From positions 1,665 to 65,664 of the forward strand of contig CAYQLP010000001.1 of NCBI GenBank assembly GCA_964418505.1: 64,000 nt of DNA, read 5' to 3'. A program made the position numbers and the translations under genes. The notes beneath the pieces were generated by a model. That model was not told the DNA's origin and searched no databases. It worked only from the letters and a program-made list of their open reading frames with translations. Below, one piece after another: positions 19,205 through 28,850 of the stretch (position 1 is the first letter of the stretch; every line of letters starts with the position of its first letter). The DNA is from an uncultured Geobacteraceae bacterium (GTDB lineage: Bacteria; Desulfobacterota; Desulfuromonadia; Desulfuromonadales; BM103).

Positions 19205-22200
19205 ATGCGCACAGCGTGGTGGGGAGCCGTCGCCGCGATTGCTGTCATTTTAGCGGGCCTGATCGCGGCCACGGTCTACGGGCCGGGCTGGCTGCGCGCC
19301 CAGGCCATCGCGCGGATCGGCGCAGAAACCGGGCGCACGCTGACCATCGGTGCAGTGAGCATCAACCCGCTGGCGCTGACGGTGGAGATTCGCGACGTCG
19401 CCCTCAGCGAAGCCGACCGGGCCACCCCCTTCGTCACCTGGCAGCGGCTCTTTCTCGCCTTCAGCCCGGGTTCGCTGTGGCACCGGGCGCCGGTCCTGCG
19501 CGAAATCCAACTCGATCAGCCCACCCTGCGCGTCGAGCGCCTGGCCGACGGCAGCTTTAACTTCTCATCGCTGCTCAAGCCAGCCGAGCCGTCCCCGGCG
19601 GATGCCGGCCGGCAGCCGGCGCGTTTTTCGCTCAACAACCTGGTCGTCAGCGGCGGCCGCCTCGAATTCACCGACCGCACCCTGGCACAGCCAGTCACTC
19701 ACCGGATCGAAAAGCTCGAACTGGCGATCCCCTTCGTCGGCAACCTCCCCTACCTGGCCGACCGCTACGTCCAGCCGCACCTGGGGGCCGTCATCAACGG
19801 GGCGCCCTTCGCCCTCGACGGCCAGCTCAAGCCCTTTGCCGACGCGCAGCAGTACGCCCTCCACGTCAAGCTGGCCGACCTCGACCTCCCCTACTATCTC
19901 GGCTATCTGCCGGACAGCCTGCCGCTCAAGGCGGCCGGGGGGCGACTCGGCATCGACCTGGAACTGAACTATCGGGCCGCCGCCGACGCCAAACCCCAGC
20001 TGGAAGTCAGCGGCCGCCTGAAACTGGCCGACCTCGACCTGCGCGACCGCGACGGACGCCAGCCCCTCTACCTGCCGGCCCTCGCCGTCGAGCTCGCCCC
20101 CTCCCGCCCCCTCGAGCGCCACCTCCACCTGGCGGAGGTGACCATCGCGCGCCCGCACCTGTGGATCGACCGCAACAGCGCCGGGCAGTGGAACGTCTCC
20201 CGCCTTCTCCCCGTCGCCGCGCCGGCCGCGGGGACGACCACCGCCGCGTCCCCCTTTGCCCTGCGCATCGATCGCCTGCGCCTCGACGGCGGCCGCCTCG
20301 AGCTGCATGACCGCCTCCCCGCCGGCGGTTTCCGGACCGTCCTGGAACCGGTCAAAATCGGCCTCACCGGACTGGATCTCACCCGGGAACGGCCCTTCGA
20401 CTTCGACCTGGCCTTGCGCAGCGAGCACGGCGAGGAGCTGACGGCGACCGGCGCGATCACCCCCGCGCCGCTGGCCGCCGACCTGGTCGTCACCGCCCGC
20501 GAAGTGCCGCTGGCCACCTACCTCCCGTACTACCGGGACCACCTCGCTGCCGAAATCGGCGGCCGGCTGGGCCTCCGCACCCGGGTCCGGCACAGCCCCG
20601 AACAGCCGCTGCTGCTCAGCGACGCCGCCGTCGAGCTGCGCGAGCTGGAGCTGCCGCTCCCCGAGGGGGAAGGCTTCAGGCTAGCCCACGCCGAACTCGG
20701 CGGGGGAAGCCTCGACCTGGCGGCCAGGAACTTTTCCGCCGACAGCCTGAGCTTCACCGGCGCCGACCTGCGCGTCTCCCGGCGCGCGGACGGCAGCTGG
20801 TCCTTTCTTCACAGCGGCTACCCGCTCCTCGACGGGCTCGCCGGGTCGGTGCCGGCCGCCCCGCCTCCACCCGCCCCCCCGGCAGCGCCCTTTGCCTGGC
20901 GGCTCGGCCGGATCAGCCTCACCGGCGGAGAGCTCACCTTCCGTGACCAACAGCCGGCGGAGCCGGTCCAGGTGAAGATCACCGCCCTGGCCGCAACCCT
21001 GCGCGATCTCGCCGCCCCGCAAGCGCTCACCGCCAACTTCAGCCTGCAGGGCACCTGCCAGAACCGCGGGCAGTTCAACCTTGCCGGCACCTTCGCGCCG
21101 GCCGCGCCACGCCTCGACGCCACCCTGCAGCTGCAGCGCCTCCCCCTGAAACCTTTTGCCCCGTACCTCGCCGCCCGCCTGCCGGTCGTCCTGGCCGACG
21201 GTCGTCTCGACTCCCGGCTGGCCATCCAGCTGTGGCAGTCGGCAGGCGCGTGGCAGGGACGGCTGCGCGGCGAGGCCGGAATCGGCCGCTTCCAGCTCTT
21301 CGACGCAACGCGGCGCGAAGAGCTGCTGCGCTGGGAGCGCCTGCAGTTGAGCGGCCTCGACCTGCACAGCCAGCCGCCGGCCCTGAGCATCGCCGGCGTG
21401 GCGCTGAGCGATTACTACGCCCGGGTCCTCCTCGACGAGGAGGGGCGCCTCAACCTCGCCGAAATCTTCCGCCAGCCCCCGCCCGCCGCCGGCGAGGAAC
21501 CACCGTCCGCCGTCACACCGGCCGACGGCAGCGAGCGCCCGCAGGTGAAAATCGCCCGCGTCACCCTGCAGGGGGGACGGGTCAACTTCACCGACCGCCA
21601 TCTGGCCCGCCCCTTCACCGCCGACATGCTCGACCTCGGCGGGAGCATCTCCGGGCTGAGTTCGACCCCGGGGACCGCCGCGACCGTCGACCTGCGCGGG
21701 CGGCTGCGCAACGAATCGCCGCTGGTCATCAGCGGCACCCTCAACCCGCTGGCCGAACCGCTCGCCCTCGACCTCAAACTGGCTTTCAGCGCCATCGAGC
21801 TGAGCCCCTTTTCACCCTATTCCGGCACCTATGTCGGCTACCTGATCGAACGCGGCAAGCTCAATGTCGATCTCGCCTACCAGGTCGCCGACGGCCGCCT
21901 GCAGGCCTCCAACAAGCTCTTTCTGGACCAGCTCACCTTCGGCGCCCAGGTCGACAGCCCCCAAGCCACCAGCCTGCCGGTGCGCCTGGCGGTGGCCCTG
22001 CTCAAGGACCGCAACGGCGAGATCCACCTCGACATCCCGGTCTGGGGGGATCTCAACGACCCGCAGTTCAGCGTCTGGCGCCTGGTCTGGCAGGTGCTCA
22101 AAAACCTGCTGGTCAAGGCGGCGACCTCACCGCTGGCGCTCCTCGGCGGGTTGGGCGGGAGCGATGACTTCAGCGCCATCGCCTTCCCGGCCGGCTCGGC

Positions 22201-22738
22201 CAGCCTGGCCGCCGCCGAACAGGCCAAACTGACCAGAATTGCCGACGCCCTGCGCGAGCGCCCCGATCTGCGCATCGAGGTCAAGGGCTACGTCGATCCC
22301 GATCACGATCCGGAAGGCTATCGCCGCGAACTGCTCGACGCGCAGCTGCGCCGTGCCCGTCAGCTCGACCGCGGCCTGCGCAAGGCCATGGCGGCGGCCG
22401 GGCGCGACGAGCAGGCACCGCTCACCGCCGAGGAGTACTCGGCCTGCCTGTGGCAGGTCTACCGGGAGGCCGCCTTCCCCAAGCCGCGCAACCTGATCGG
22501 CATGGTCAGCCATCTGCCCGATGCCGAGATGGAGAAGCTGCTGCTGGCCGGCATGACCGTCGGCCGGGAGGAAATGGAGCAGCTCGCCCAGCAGCGGGCC
22601 CGCCAGGTCATGGCCGCGCTGGTCGCCGCCGGCCTGGCGCAGGAGCGGCTCTTCATCGGTACGACGGTGATCGATGCGCCGCCCCAGATCACCGGAATGG
22701 GCCGCGGCCGGGTCGAATTCGGAGTGGTGGTCAAATAG
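19205..22738 (+). CDS. large envelope protein, DUF748/AsmA-like
   Basis: Start at MRTAWWGAVAAIAVILAGL (ATG 19205, in frame with ORF 19022..22738). About 1177 aa, with one N-terminal TM segment and a repetitive beta-rich body. Confidence 0.5.
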   Translation: MRTAWWGAVAAIAVILAGLIAATVYGPGWLRAQAIARIGAETGRTLTIGAVSINPLALTVEIRDVALSEADRATPFVTWQRLFLAFSPGSLWHRAPVLREIQLDQPTLRVERLADGSFNFSSLLKPAEPSPADAGRQPARFSLNNLVVSGGRLEFTDRTLAQPVTHRIEKLELAIPFVGNLPYLADRYVQPHLGAVINGAPFALDGQLKPFADAQQYALHVKLADLDLPYYLGYLPDSLPLKAAGGRLGIDLELNYRAAADAKPQLEVSGRLKLADLDLRDRDGRQPLYLPALAVELAPSRPLERHLHLAEVTIARPHLWIDRNSAGQWNVSRLLPVAAPAAGTTTAASPFALRIDRLRLDGGRLELHDRLPAGGFRTVLEPVKIGLTGLDLTRERPFDFDLALRSEHGEELTATGAITPAPLAADLVVTAREVPLATYLPYYRDHLAAEIGGRLGLRTRVRHSPEQPLLLSDAAVELRELELPLPEGEGFRLAHAELGGGSLDLAARNFSADSLSFTGADLRVSRRADGSWSFLHSGYPLLDGLAGSVPAAPPPPAPPAAPFAWRLGRISLTGGELTFRDQQPAEPVQVKITALAATLRDLAAPQALTANFSLQGTCQNRGQFNLAGTFAPAAPRLDATLQLQRLPLKPFAPYLAARLPVVLADGRLDSRLAIQLWQSAGAWQGRLRGEAGIGRFQLFDATRREELLRWERLQLSGLDLHSQPPALSIAGVALSDYYARVLLDEEGRLNLAEIFRQPPPAAGEEPPSAVTPADGSERPQVKIARVTLQGGRVNFTDRHLARPFTADMLDLGGSISGLSSTPGTAATVDLRGRLRNESPLVISGTLNPLAEPLALDLKLAFSAIELSPFSPYSGTYVGYLIERGKLNVDLAYQVADGRLQASNKLFLDQLTFGAQVDSPQATSLPVRLAVALLKDRNGEIHLDIPVWGDLNDPQFSVWRLVWQVLKNLLVKAATSPLALLGGLGGSDDFSAIAFPAGSASLAAAEQAKLTRIADALRERPDLRIEVKGYVDPDHDPEGYRRELLDAQLRRARQLDRGLRKAMAAAGRDEQAPLTAEEYSACLWQVYREAAFPKPRNLIGMVSHLPDAEMEKLLLAGMTVGREEMEQLAQQRARQVMAALVAAGLAQERLFIGTTVIDAPPQITGMGRGRVEFGVVVK

Positions 22739-22763
22739 TCCGCGACCGTACAGGGGGTGTGCC

Positions 22764-23285
22764 ATGAAGGAAGCATTGGTCATCATCGACATGCTCAACG
22801 ACTTCGTCCGCGAGGGAGCGCCCCTCGAGGTCCCGGCCGCCCGCGCCATCCTCCCGGCATTGCAGGCCCGCCTTGCCGCCGCCCGCGCCGCCGGCCTGCC
22901 GGTGATCTACGTCTGCAACGGCCACCGCCCCGACGATCCGGAATTTTCGCGGATGGGCTGGCCCGCGCACGGCGTCCGCGGCACCCCCGGCGCCCGGGTG
23001 GTCGACGAACTGGCCCCGCTGGAGACCGACCCGCTGGTCGAGAAGGGGACCTACTCGAGCTTTTACCAGACCGGGCTGGAGGGGATTCTCCAGGCGCTGG
23101 GCGTCGACAAGCTGGTCCTCACCGGGGTCGTCACCAGCATCTGCATCCTCTACACCGCTTACGAGGCGGTGGTCCGCGGCTATGCCGTGAGCGTGCCGGC
23201 CGACTGCGTCGCCGCCCTCGATCCCGCCGACGGCGCCTTCGCCCTCCGCCAGATGGAAACAGTGCTGGGGGTGGAGGTGCAGTGA
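22764..23285 (+). CDS. isochorismatase-family cysteine hydrolase
   Basis: Start at MKEALVIIDMLNDF. The catalytic-type Cys lies in LTGVVTSICILYTA. Confidence 0.8.
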   Translation: MKEALVIIDMLNDFVREGAPLEVPAARAILPALQARLAAARAAGLPVIYVCNGHRPDDPEFSRMGWPAHGVRGTPGARVVDELAPLETDPLVEKGTYSSFYQTGLEGILQALGVDKLVLTGVVTSICILYTAYEAVVRGYAVSVPADCVAALDPADGAFALRQMETVLGVEVQ

Positions 23286-23370
23286 GCGTCCGCTCGCGAT
23301 GGCCGTCCCCATGCGGCGGCAAACATGACGATATTAGTCATAAATAGGTGAAAAATAATCTTTTTTGCTC

Positions 23371-23399
23371 TTGACCGCAGAGGGCTTGATCCATTTAAA
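23371..23399 (+). promoter_or_regulatory. candidate sigma-70 promoter for the cytochrome c/feo locus
   Basis: TTGACC (23371-23376), a 17-nt spacer, then TTTAAA (23394-23399) in an AT-rich patch. Confidence 0.3.
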
Positions 23400-23414
23400 T
23401 GAAAACAGATTTCA
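23397..23414 (+). promoter_or_regulatory. operator-like motif, copy 1 (Fur-box-like)
   Basis: AAATGAAAACAGATTTCA overlaps the putative -10/TSS and is 16/18 identical to the copy at 23961. Confidence 0.4.
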
Positions 23415-23431
23415 GTATCAGAAAGGACATC

Positions 23432-23881
23432 ATGATGAAAGCGATCGCAACGCCCCTGCTGGCGCTTCTCCTTTTCGCCAGCATCGCCAACGCCGCCGAG
23501 GTCACCTGGAGCCAGCAGATCAAACCGTTGGTCGCGGCCCGCTGCACGGCCTGCCACGGTGCCGAAGCCCCCGAATACCCGGCCTTCAAGAAGGAGAAGG
23601 AAGCTTGGCTGGCCAAAGGGACTGGCCCGCGCATGGACACCTACTCCCATCTGCTCTACTACACCGGCTGGCCGGATACCGGTGCCCTGATGCGCCGCCT
23701 CGACGACGGGGCGGGCAAGGAAGACCGAAAGCCCGGCAACATGTACCAGCACCTGGGCGACAACGATGCCGAGCGCCAGGCCAACCTGGCCCTCTTCAAG
23801 GCCTGGGTCGGCAACTGGTCCCACAAGCGCTTTGCCGAACTGACCAAGGAAGATCTGGCCGCGATCAAGATCCCCTACTGA
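23432..23881 (+). CDS. secreted monoheme c-type cytochrome
   Basis: Start at MMKAIATPLLALLLFASIANA. It has a single CTACH heme motif. Confidence 0.7.
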   Translation: MMKAIATPLLALLLFASIANAAEVTWSQQIKPLVAARCTACHGAEAPEYPAFKKEKEAWLAKGTGPRMDTYSHLLYYTGWPDTGALMRRLDDGAGKEDRKPGNMYQHLGDNDAERQANLALFKAWVGNWSHKRFAELTKEDLAAIKIPY

Positions 23882-23960
23882 GCCCTTTATCCCCCGGCCA
23901 CGCCCGGGACAAAGCGCTCCTGTGGCGCCTTGCCCCGGCGTGGTTCTCTTTTTGTCCACC

Positions 23961-23978
23961 AAATGAAAATAGATATCA
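23961..23978 (+). promoter_or_regulatory. operator-like motif, copy 2 (Fur-box-like) upstream of feoA
   Basis: AAATGAAAATAGATATCA contains TGAAAAT-A-GATATCA, resembling the 7-1-7 Fur consensus TGATAAT-N-ATTATCA. Confidence 0.45.
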
Positions 23979-24010
23979 AAATCACCACAAAGACCGTCAA
24001 GGAGTCTGCC

Positions 24011-24310
24011 ATGATGCCCCTGGCCTTGTTGAGCCCCGGTGAAAGCGGCGAAATTCTCAGCATCAATGTCCACGTCGAAGAGCAAGGCGGCTGCTGCGGC
24101 CAATGCGGCGGCGAACGCCATGGGCGCGGCGGCCGGCACGGCCAGCGTGACAAGAATGACAACCGCGTCGAGGAACTCGGCCTGCGTGCCGGGAAGATCG
24201 TCGAGATGCTTACCAACGGCAGCGGACCGCTGCTGCTCAAAGTTGACGAATCACGCATCGCCATCAGCCGCGGCATGGCGATGAAAATCAAAGTCAGGAG
24301 AGTTCAATGA
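24011..24310 (+). CDS. feoA: FeoA-family protein with Cys/His/Gly-rich insertion
   Basis: Start at MMPLALLSPGESGEI (AAGGAG RBS). The FeoA SH3-like core is interrupted by EEQGGCCGQCGGERHGRGGRHGQRDKND. Confidence 0.7.
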   Translation: MMPLALLSPGESGEILSINVHVEEQGGCCGQCGGERHGRGGRHGQRDKNDNRVEELGLRAGKIVEMLTNGSGPLLLKVDESRIAISRGMAMKIKVRRVQ

Positions 24311-24534
24311 ACTTGGCCCAGCTCAAACCCGGACAGTCCGGGATGATTACCGCCATCGGCGCTGTCGGCCCCCTCAAGCGTCGCCTCATGGACATGGGGG
24401 TTCTGGTCGGCGAGCGCGTCCGGGTCATCAAGATCGCCCCCCTGGGCGACCCCATAGAGGTCCTGGTGAAAAGCTACCGGCTCTCCCTGCGCAAGCAGGA
24501 GGCTCAAGGGATTGCAGTGGAGGTCGGGGCATGA
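24307..24534 (+). CDS. feoA: FeoA-family protein
   Basis: 75 aa, MNLAQLKPGQSGMITAI...RRLMDMGVLVGERVRV. Overlaps its neighbours by 4 nt. Confidence 0.85.
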   Translation: MNLAQLKPGQSGMITAIGAVGPLKRRLMDMGVLVGERVRVIKIAPLGDPIEVLVKSYRLSLRKQEAQGIAVEVGA

Positions 24535-26741
24535 GCAGCGCACGGCCGATCATCATTGCCGTCGCCGGCAACCCCAACGCCGGCAAGTCGACACTGATCA
24601 ACGCCCTGGCCGGAAGCCGCCTGCATGTCGGCAACTGGCCAGGGGTCACGGTTGAGAAGAAAGAGGCGCGCTTCGAGGTCAACGGCCGCAGCATCCTGCT
24701 GGTCGACCTGCCGGGTACCTACTCTCTTTCCCCTTACACCCAGGAAGAGATCATCGCCCGCGATTATCTCCTGCACCAGCGCCCCGACCTGGTAATCAAC
24801 GTGGTCGACAGCACCAACCTCGAGCGCAACCTCTACCTGACCGTACAGATTCTCGAGTTGGGCATCCCCACGGTGATGGCGCTGAACATCTTCGACGAGG
24901 CCGAGGCCAAAGGCTACCGGATCGATGTCGACGGCATCGCCCGGATGCTGGGCATCACCGTCGTCCCCACCGCCGCCACCCAAAAACGCGGACTCTCGGA
25001 ACTGCTTGACGCCGCCCTGGCGATCGCTGACGACACCGGTGGTCACCGTCCCCGTCAGTTGAGCTACGGCGAGGACATCGACGCCGCCCTCGCCGCCATC
25101 GGCCGAACGCTGGAGAGCCAGCATCCGCAGCTGGCCTCGCGCTATCCGCTGCGCTGGCTGACCGGCAAGCTTCTCGAAGGGGACAGCGAGGTGGCTCGCG
25201 AGATCAACCTCCCCCCGGAAGCTGTCGACGGCGAGGCCGTGCGCCATCTGCGCCGCGCCCACGGCGAGGATCTCGAGGCCCTGATGGCCGACGCCCGCTA
25301 CGGCCTGGCCAACGGTCTGACCCAGGAAGTCCTGCGGCGCCCGGAACTGCGCAAGGAGGAACTGACGGAGAAGATCGACCGGATTGTCCTTAACCGCTTT
25401 TTGGGCGTTCCGATCTTCCTCGGCGCCATGTGGCTGATGTTCAAGCTGACCTTCGACCTCTCCTCCCCCTTCGGCGACTGGCTCGATGGAGTGATCGCAG
25501 GCCCCGGCATGCGCTGGACCGCGGCGGCGCTGGGCATGCTCGGCGCCCCGGCGTGGACCGTTTCCCTGGCGGTCGACGGGGTGATGGCCGGGGTCGGCTT
25601 CGTGCTGGTCTTCGTCCCGGTGATCTTCGCCATGATGTTTTTCATCACCTTCCTGGAAGGGAGCGGCTACATGGCCCGGGCGGCCTTCGTCATGGACCGC
25701 GCCATGCACGCCATCGGCCTGCACGGCAAGTCCTTTATCCCCATGCTGCTGGGCTTCGGCTGCAATGTCCCGGGAATCTACGCCACCCGCACTCTGGAGA
25801 ACCCCCGCGACAAGGCCCTGACCGCCCTGCTCATTCCGTTGATGTCCTGCGGTGCCCGCCTGCCGGTCTACGTCCTCTTCGCCGGAGTCTTCTTCGGCAC
25901 CGCCGCCGGCACGGTGATATGGTCGCTGTACCTGCTGGGGATTGCTCTGGCCATCGCCATCGGCATGCTCTTCAAGCGGACTCTTTTCCGCGGCGAAACG
26001 CCAATGTTCATCATGGAGCTCCCTCCCTACCGCATGCCATCGCTGCACAGCCTGCTGCTTCACACCTGGGAGAAGGGGAAGCACTTCCTGGTCAAGGCCG
26101 GCACCTACATCCTGGCGGTCTCTGTGCTGGTCTGGTTTCTCCTCAACCTCCCCTGGGGGGTGGAGAGCAAGCGTGACTCTTACCTGGGCCAGGCCGGGGC
26201 GGCGATTGCCCCGCTCTTCCAGCCCTTGGGCTTCGGTACCTGGGAAGCCTCCGCCGCACTGATCACCGGGGTGATCGCCAAGGAGATCGTGGTCGGCACC
26301 ATGGGCGAAATCTACGTGCCCGGGGCCTTGGCCGCCGACAGCGAGGAGGCGGAAGGGAGCGGGGAGCAAGCGGCCAGCGCTGAGCCGACCGTCGGCGAGG
26401 AGCTCAGGGGGATCGTGGTCTCCTTCAGCGAAGCCGTGGCTGCAGCGGCTGGCAATGTCTTCACCACCTTCGGCGTCTCCAGCCTGGCTGCCGGAGACGA
26501 AGAGGGGGACACACCGCTGAAGGGTGCGGTGCGCAGCGCCTTCTCGCCGCTGTCGGCCTACGCCTTCATGGCCTTCGTCCTCCTCTACATGCCCTGCGTG
26601 GTGGTGGCCATCGCCATGCGCCAGGAGTTTGGTTCCTGGAAATGGTTCGGCATCGCTTTCGCCTATCAGTCGGTGCTGGCCTGGACGGTGGCGCTGCTCA
26701 TCTACCAGGGCGGGCGGCTTTTTTTGACGCTTACCAATTGA
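24531..26741 (+). CDS. feoB: ferrous iron transporter B
   Basis: 736 aa with an N-terminal G-domain (GNPNAGKST, DLPGTYS) and a polytopic permease domain. Confidence 0.95.
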   Translation: MSSARPIIIAVAGNPNAGKSTLINALAGSRLHVGNWPGVTVEKKEARFEVNGRSILLVDLPGTYSLSPYTQEEIIARDYLLHQRPDLVINVVDSTNLERNLYLTVQILELGIPTVMALNIFDEAEAKGYRIDVDGIARMLGITVVPTAATQKRGLSELLDAALAIADDTGGHRPRQLSYGEDIDAALAAIGRTLESQHPQLASRYPLRWLTGKLLEGDSEVAREINLPPEAVDGEAVRHLRRAHGEDLEALMADARYGLANGLTQEVLRRPELRKEELTEKIDRIVLNRFLGVPIFLGAMWLMFKLTFDLSSPFGDWLDGVIAGPGMRWTAAALGMLGAPAWTVSLAVDGVMAGVGFVLVFVPVIFAMMFFITFLEGSGYMARAAFVMDRAMHAIGLHGKSFIPMLLGFGCNVPGIYATRTLENPRDKALTALLIPLMSCGARLPVYVLFAGVFFGTAAGTVIWSLYLLGIALAIAIGMLFKRTLFRGETPMFIMELPPYRMPSLHSLLLHTWEKGKHFLVKAGTYILAVSVLVWFLLNLPWGVESKRDSYLGQAGAAIAPLFQPLGFGTWEASAALITGVIAKEIVVGTMGEIYVPGALAADSEEAEGSGEQAASAEPTVGEELRGIVVSFSEAVAAAAGNVFTTFGVSSLAAGDEEGDTPLKGAVRSAFSPLSAYAFMAFVLLYMPCVVVAIAMRQEFGSWKWFGIAFAYQSVLAWTVALLIYQGGRLFLTLTN

Positions 26742-26824
26742 AAAGAAATTTCGTTTTCCCTAGAATCCCCGGGGCCGCTGTGGCCTCAACCATTCCACCA
26801 GATCGTTACAGGAGGACATTCTTG

Positions 26825-27913
26825 ATGTTGGCCCAGCTCACCACGCTCAGCACCTGCGCCCTTTTCGCCCTGCTCATGGCAGGCCCCGCCCTGGCCCACA
26901 ACCACGAACAGCCGCCGGCGGCAAGTTTTCACCACGCACAGCCTCAGGATGCGGTTGCGGCGGCGACCCAAGAGGCTTCCCCCCTGTCCTGGCAGCTCGG
27001 CAGCGCACGCTTCACCTTGAGCGGCCTGGTCGAAGTCGAGCAGAGTTATAGCCACCAGGAGGGGGGCGGCGACCAGGATGACCTGCTCCTGAGCACCGTG
27101 GAGATCGGCCTGGAAGCCGAGCTGACCTCCTGGCTGAGCGGCCGCCTCGTCGGCCTGTGGGAGCAGAATGACACCGAGCCGATGGAGGTCGACCAGGCGG
27201 TGCTCACCCTGACCTGCCCGAGCAGGCTTGGCGGCCAGACTCAGACCCTGCATCTCGGCCGCCAGTATCTCCCTTTCGGCCGCTTCGCGACCGGCATGAT
27301 CAGCGACCCGCTGGCCCTCGATCTGGGTGAGACCCGCACCACGGCGGCCCTCTACGCCCTCGAGGGGGAACGCTGGAGCCTCTCCGTGGGGGGCTTCACC
27401 GGTGCCGTCGATGATGGCGACGACGGCCTCGACAGCTGGGTGGCCGCGCTTACCGTCACACCCCGGCCGGGGATGACCTTCGGCGCGTCCTGGCTCAGCG
27501 ACCTGGCGGAGAGTGATGCGGGACTGGTGCAGGAGGAAGGACTCTACGATGACGACGTCCCCGGCTGGAGCGCCTTCATCGCCCTGAGCCATGGCGGTTT
27601 CGGGCTGAATGCCGAGTACCTGGCGGCCGCCGGCTCCTTCAAGTCGGAGCAGGTGGCGGCCGGCGAGGACCTGACCGGCAGACGTCCGCGGACCTGGAGC
27701 ATCGAGGGGAACTGGCAGGCCACTGAACAGCTGGCCCTGGTCGCCCGCTATGAGAAAGCCGATGACTACCAGAACGATCAGCGCCGCATCGGCCTGACTG
27801 CCGGCTACGCCCTGTGCGACTTCGCCACTCTTTCCCTCGAATACCTGCGCGGCAAGGCGGACGGGGAGAATCCGGACCACAGCGTAACGGCACAACTCGC
27901 GCTGAGCTTCTGA
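26825..27913 (+). CDS. outer-membrane porin-like beta-barrel
   Basis: Start at MLAQLTTLSTCALFALLMAGPALA (ATG 26825). Beta-strand periodicity and a C-terminal ...VTAQLALSF. Confidence 0.6.
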   Translation: MLAQLTTLSTCALFALLMAGPALAHNHEQPPAASFHHAQPQDAVAAATQEASPLSWQLGSARFTLSGLVEVEQSYSHQEGGGDQDDLLLSTVEIGLEAELTSWLSGRLVGLWEQNDTEPMEVDQAVLTLTCPSRLGGQTQTLHLGRQYLPFGRFATGMISDPLALDLGETRTTAALYALEGERWSLSVGGFTGAVDDGDDGLDSWVAALTVTPRPGMTFGASWLSDLAESDAGLVQEEGLYDDDVPGWSAFIALSHGGFGLNAEYLAAAGSFKSEQVAAGEDLTGRRPRTWSIEGNWQATEQLALVARYEKADDYQNDQRRIGLTAGYALCDFATLSLEYLRGKADGENPDHSVTAQLALSF

Positions 27914-27923
27914 ACAAAATACG

Positions 27924-27947
27924 ACGGGGGGCCTTAAGGCCCCCCGT
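27924..27947. terminator. bidirectional hairpin between convergent genes
   Basis: ACGGGGGGCC-TTAA-GGCCCCCCGT. The loop contains the stop codon of the minus-strand kinase gene. Confidence 0.5.
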
Positions 27948-28818
27948 TCGCTCTTCCCGGCAGGATAAAATCCAGAGCCGAAGGTTCGCTGCTGATCCGC
28001 ACCGGCAGGCGCCCCCAGGCATCGCCGTCAACCTGCAGGGAGCCCCCCTCCCCCTCGATCGTCACCCGTTCCGCAGAGAAGAACTCGACCAGCGGCGGGC
28101 GCAGCGGCAGGTGCAGGCCGAGACGCAGGGCGTAGTGCAACTGCGCCAGGCGGCCGCCCCGTTTGAACAGGCAGACCTCCAGGCGGGGGGAATCGAGGGA
28201 GGCCTGCGGGGTGATTACGTAGCGGCCGCCGTAGCAGCGCGCATTGCTGACCACCACCCCGTAGCCCTCATGGCGGGAACCATCGGCAAGGGTGATGACC
28301 AGCGACGCCGGGGCCCTGGCCAGCAGCGCCTCGCCGGCGGCGACTCCGTAGGCCAGCCGCCCGACCCTCTGCTTGACCGCCGGCCGCAGGCGGGCCACCG
28401 CCTCGGCATCCCAGCCGGCGCTGGCCATGAGCAGGAAGCGTTCGCCGTTGACCCGGCCGAGGCTGATCCGCCGCGGACGCCCCTCCACCGCCAGCCGGCA
28501 GGCCTCCTCGAGCTTGAGCGGAATCTCGGTTTCCAGGGCGAAGACGTTGACCGTCCCCAGCGGCAGGAAGGCCAGCGGCGGTGCAGCGCCGTCCAGGCCG
28601 TTGACGACTTCGTTGAGCGTCCCGTCGCCGCCGGCCGCCACGATGCGCTCAGCACCCCGCCGCCCCGCCTGGGCCGCCCACAGGCGGGCATCGCCGCGCC
28701 GTTCGGTCAGGCACAGGTCGACTTCAGCGCCGTGAGCGCGCAGCCAGGCAGCCGCCCGCTCGATGCGCGGCCGGGCGTCGCCGCCGCTGACCGGGTTGGC
28801 AATCAGCTGAATCTTCAT
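27934..28818 (-). CDS. diacylglycerol kinase-family lipid kinase (YegS/BmrU-like)
   Basis: 294 aa with NPVSGG and GGDGTLNEVVNGL motifs. Confidence 0.8.
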   Translation of the reverse strand: MKIQLIANPVSGGDARPRIERAAAWLRAHGAEVDLCLTERRGDARLWAAQAGRRGAERIVAAGGDGTLNEVVNGLDGAAPPLAFLPLGTVNVFALETEIPLKLEEACRLAVEGRPRRISLGRVNGERFLLMASAGWDAEAVARLRPAVKQRVGRLAYGVAAGEALLARAPASLVITLADGSRHEGYGVVVSNARCYGGRYVITPQASLDSPRLEVCLFKRGGRLAQLHYALRLGLHLPLRPPLVEFFSAERVTIEGEGGSLQVDGDAWGRLPVRISSEPSALDFILPGRANGGP

Positions 28819-28850
28819 CTGTTCACGACAATTCCCGGGCCCGGCCCGGC

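Noticed and set aside
24504-26369. 621-aa minus-strand ORF
   Set aside because: It is antisense to feoB and is a shadow ORF.
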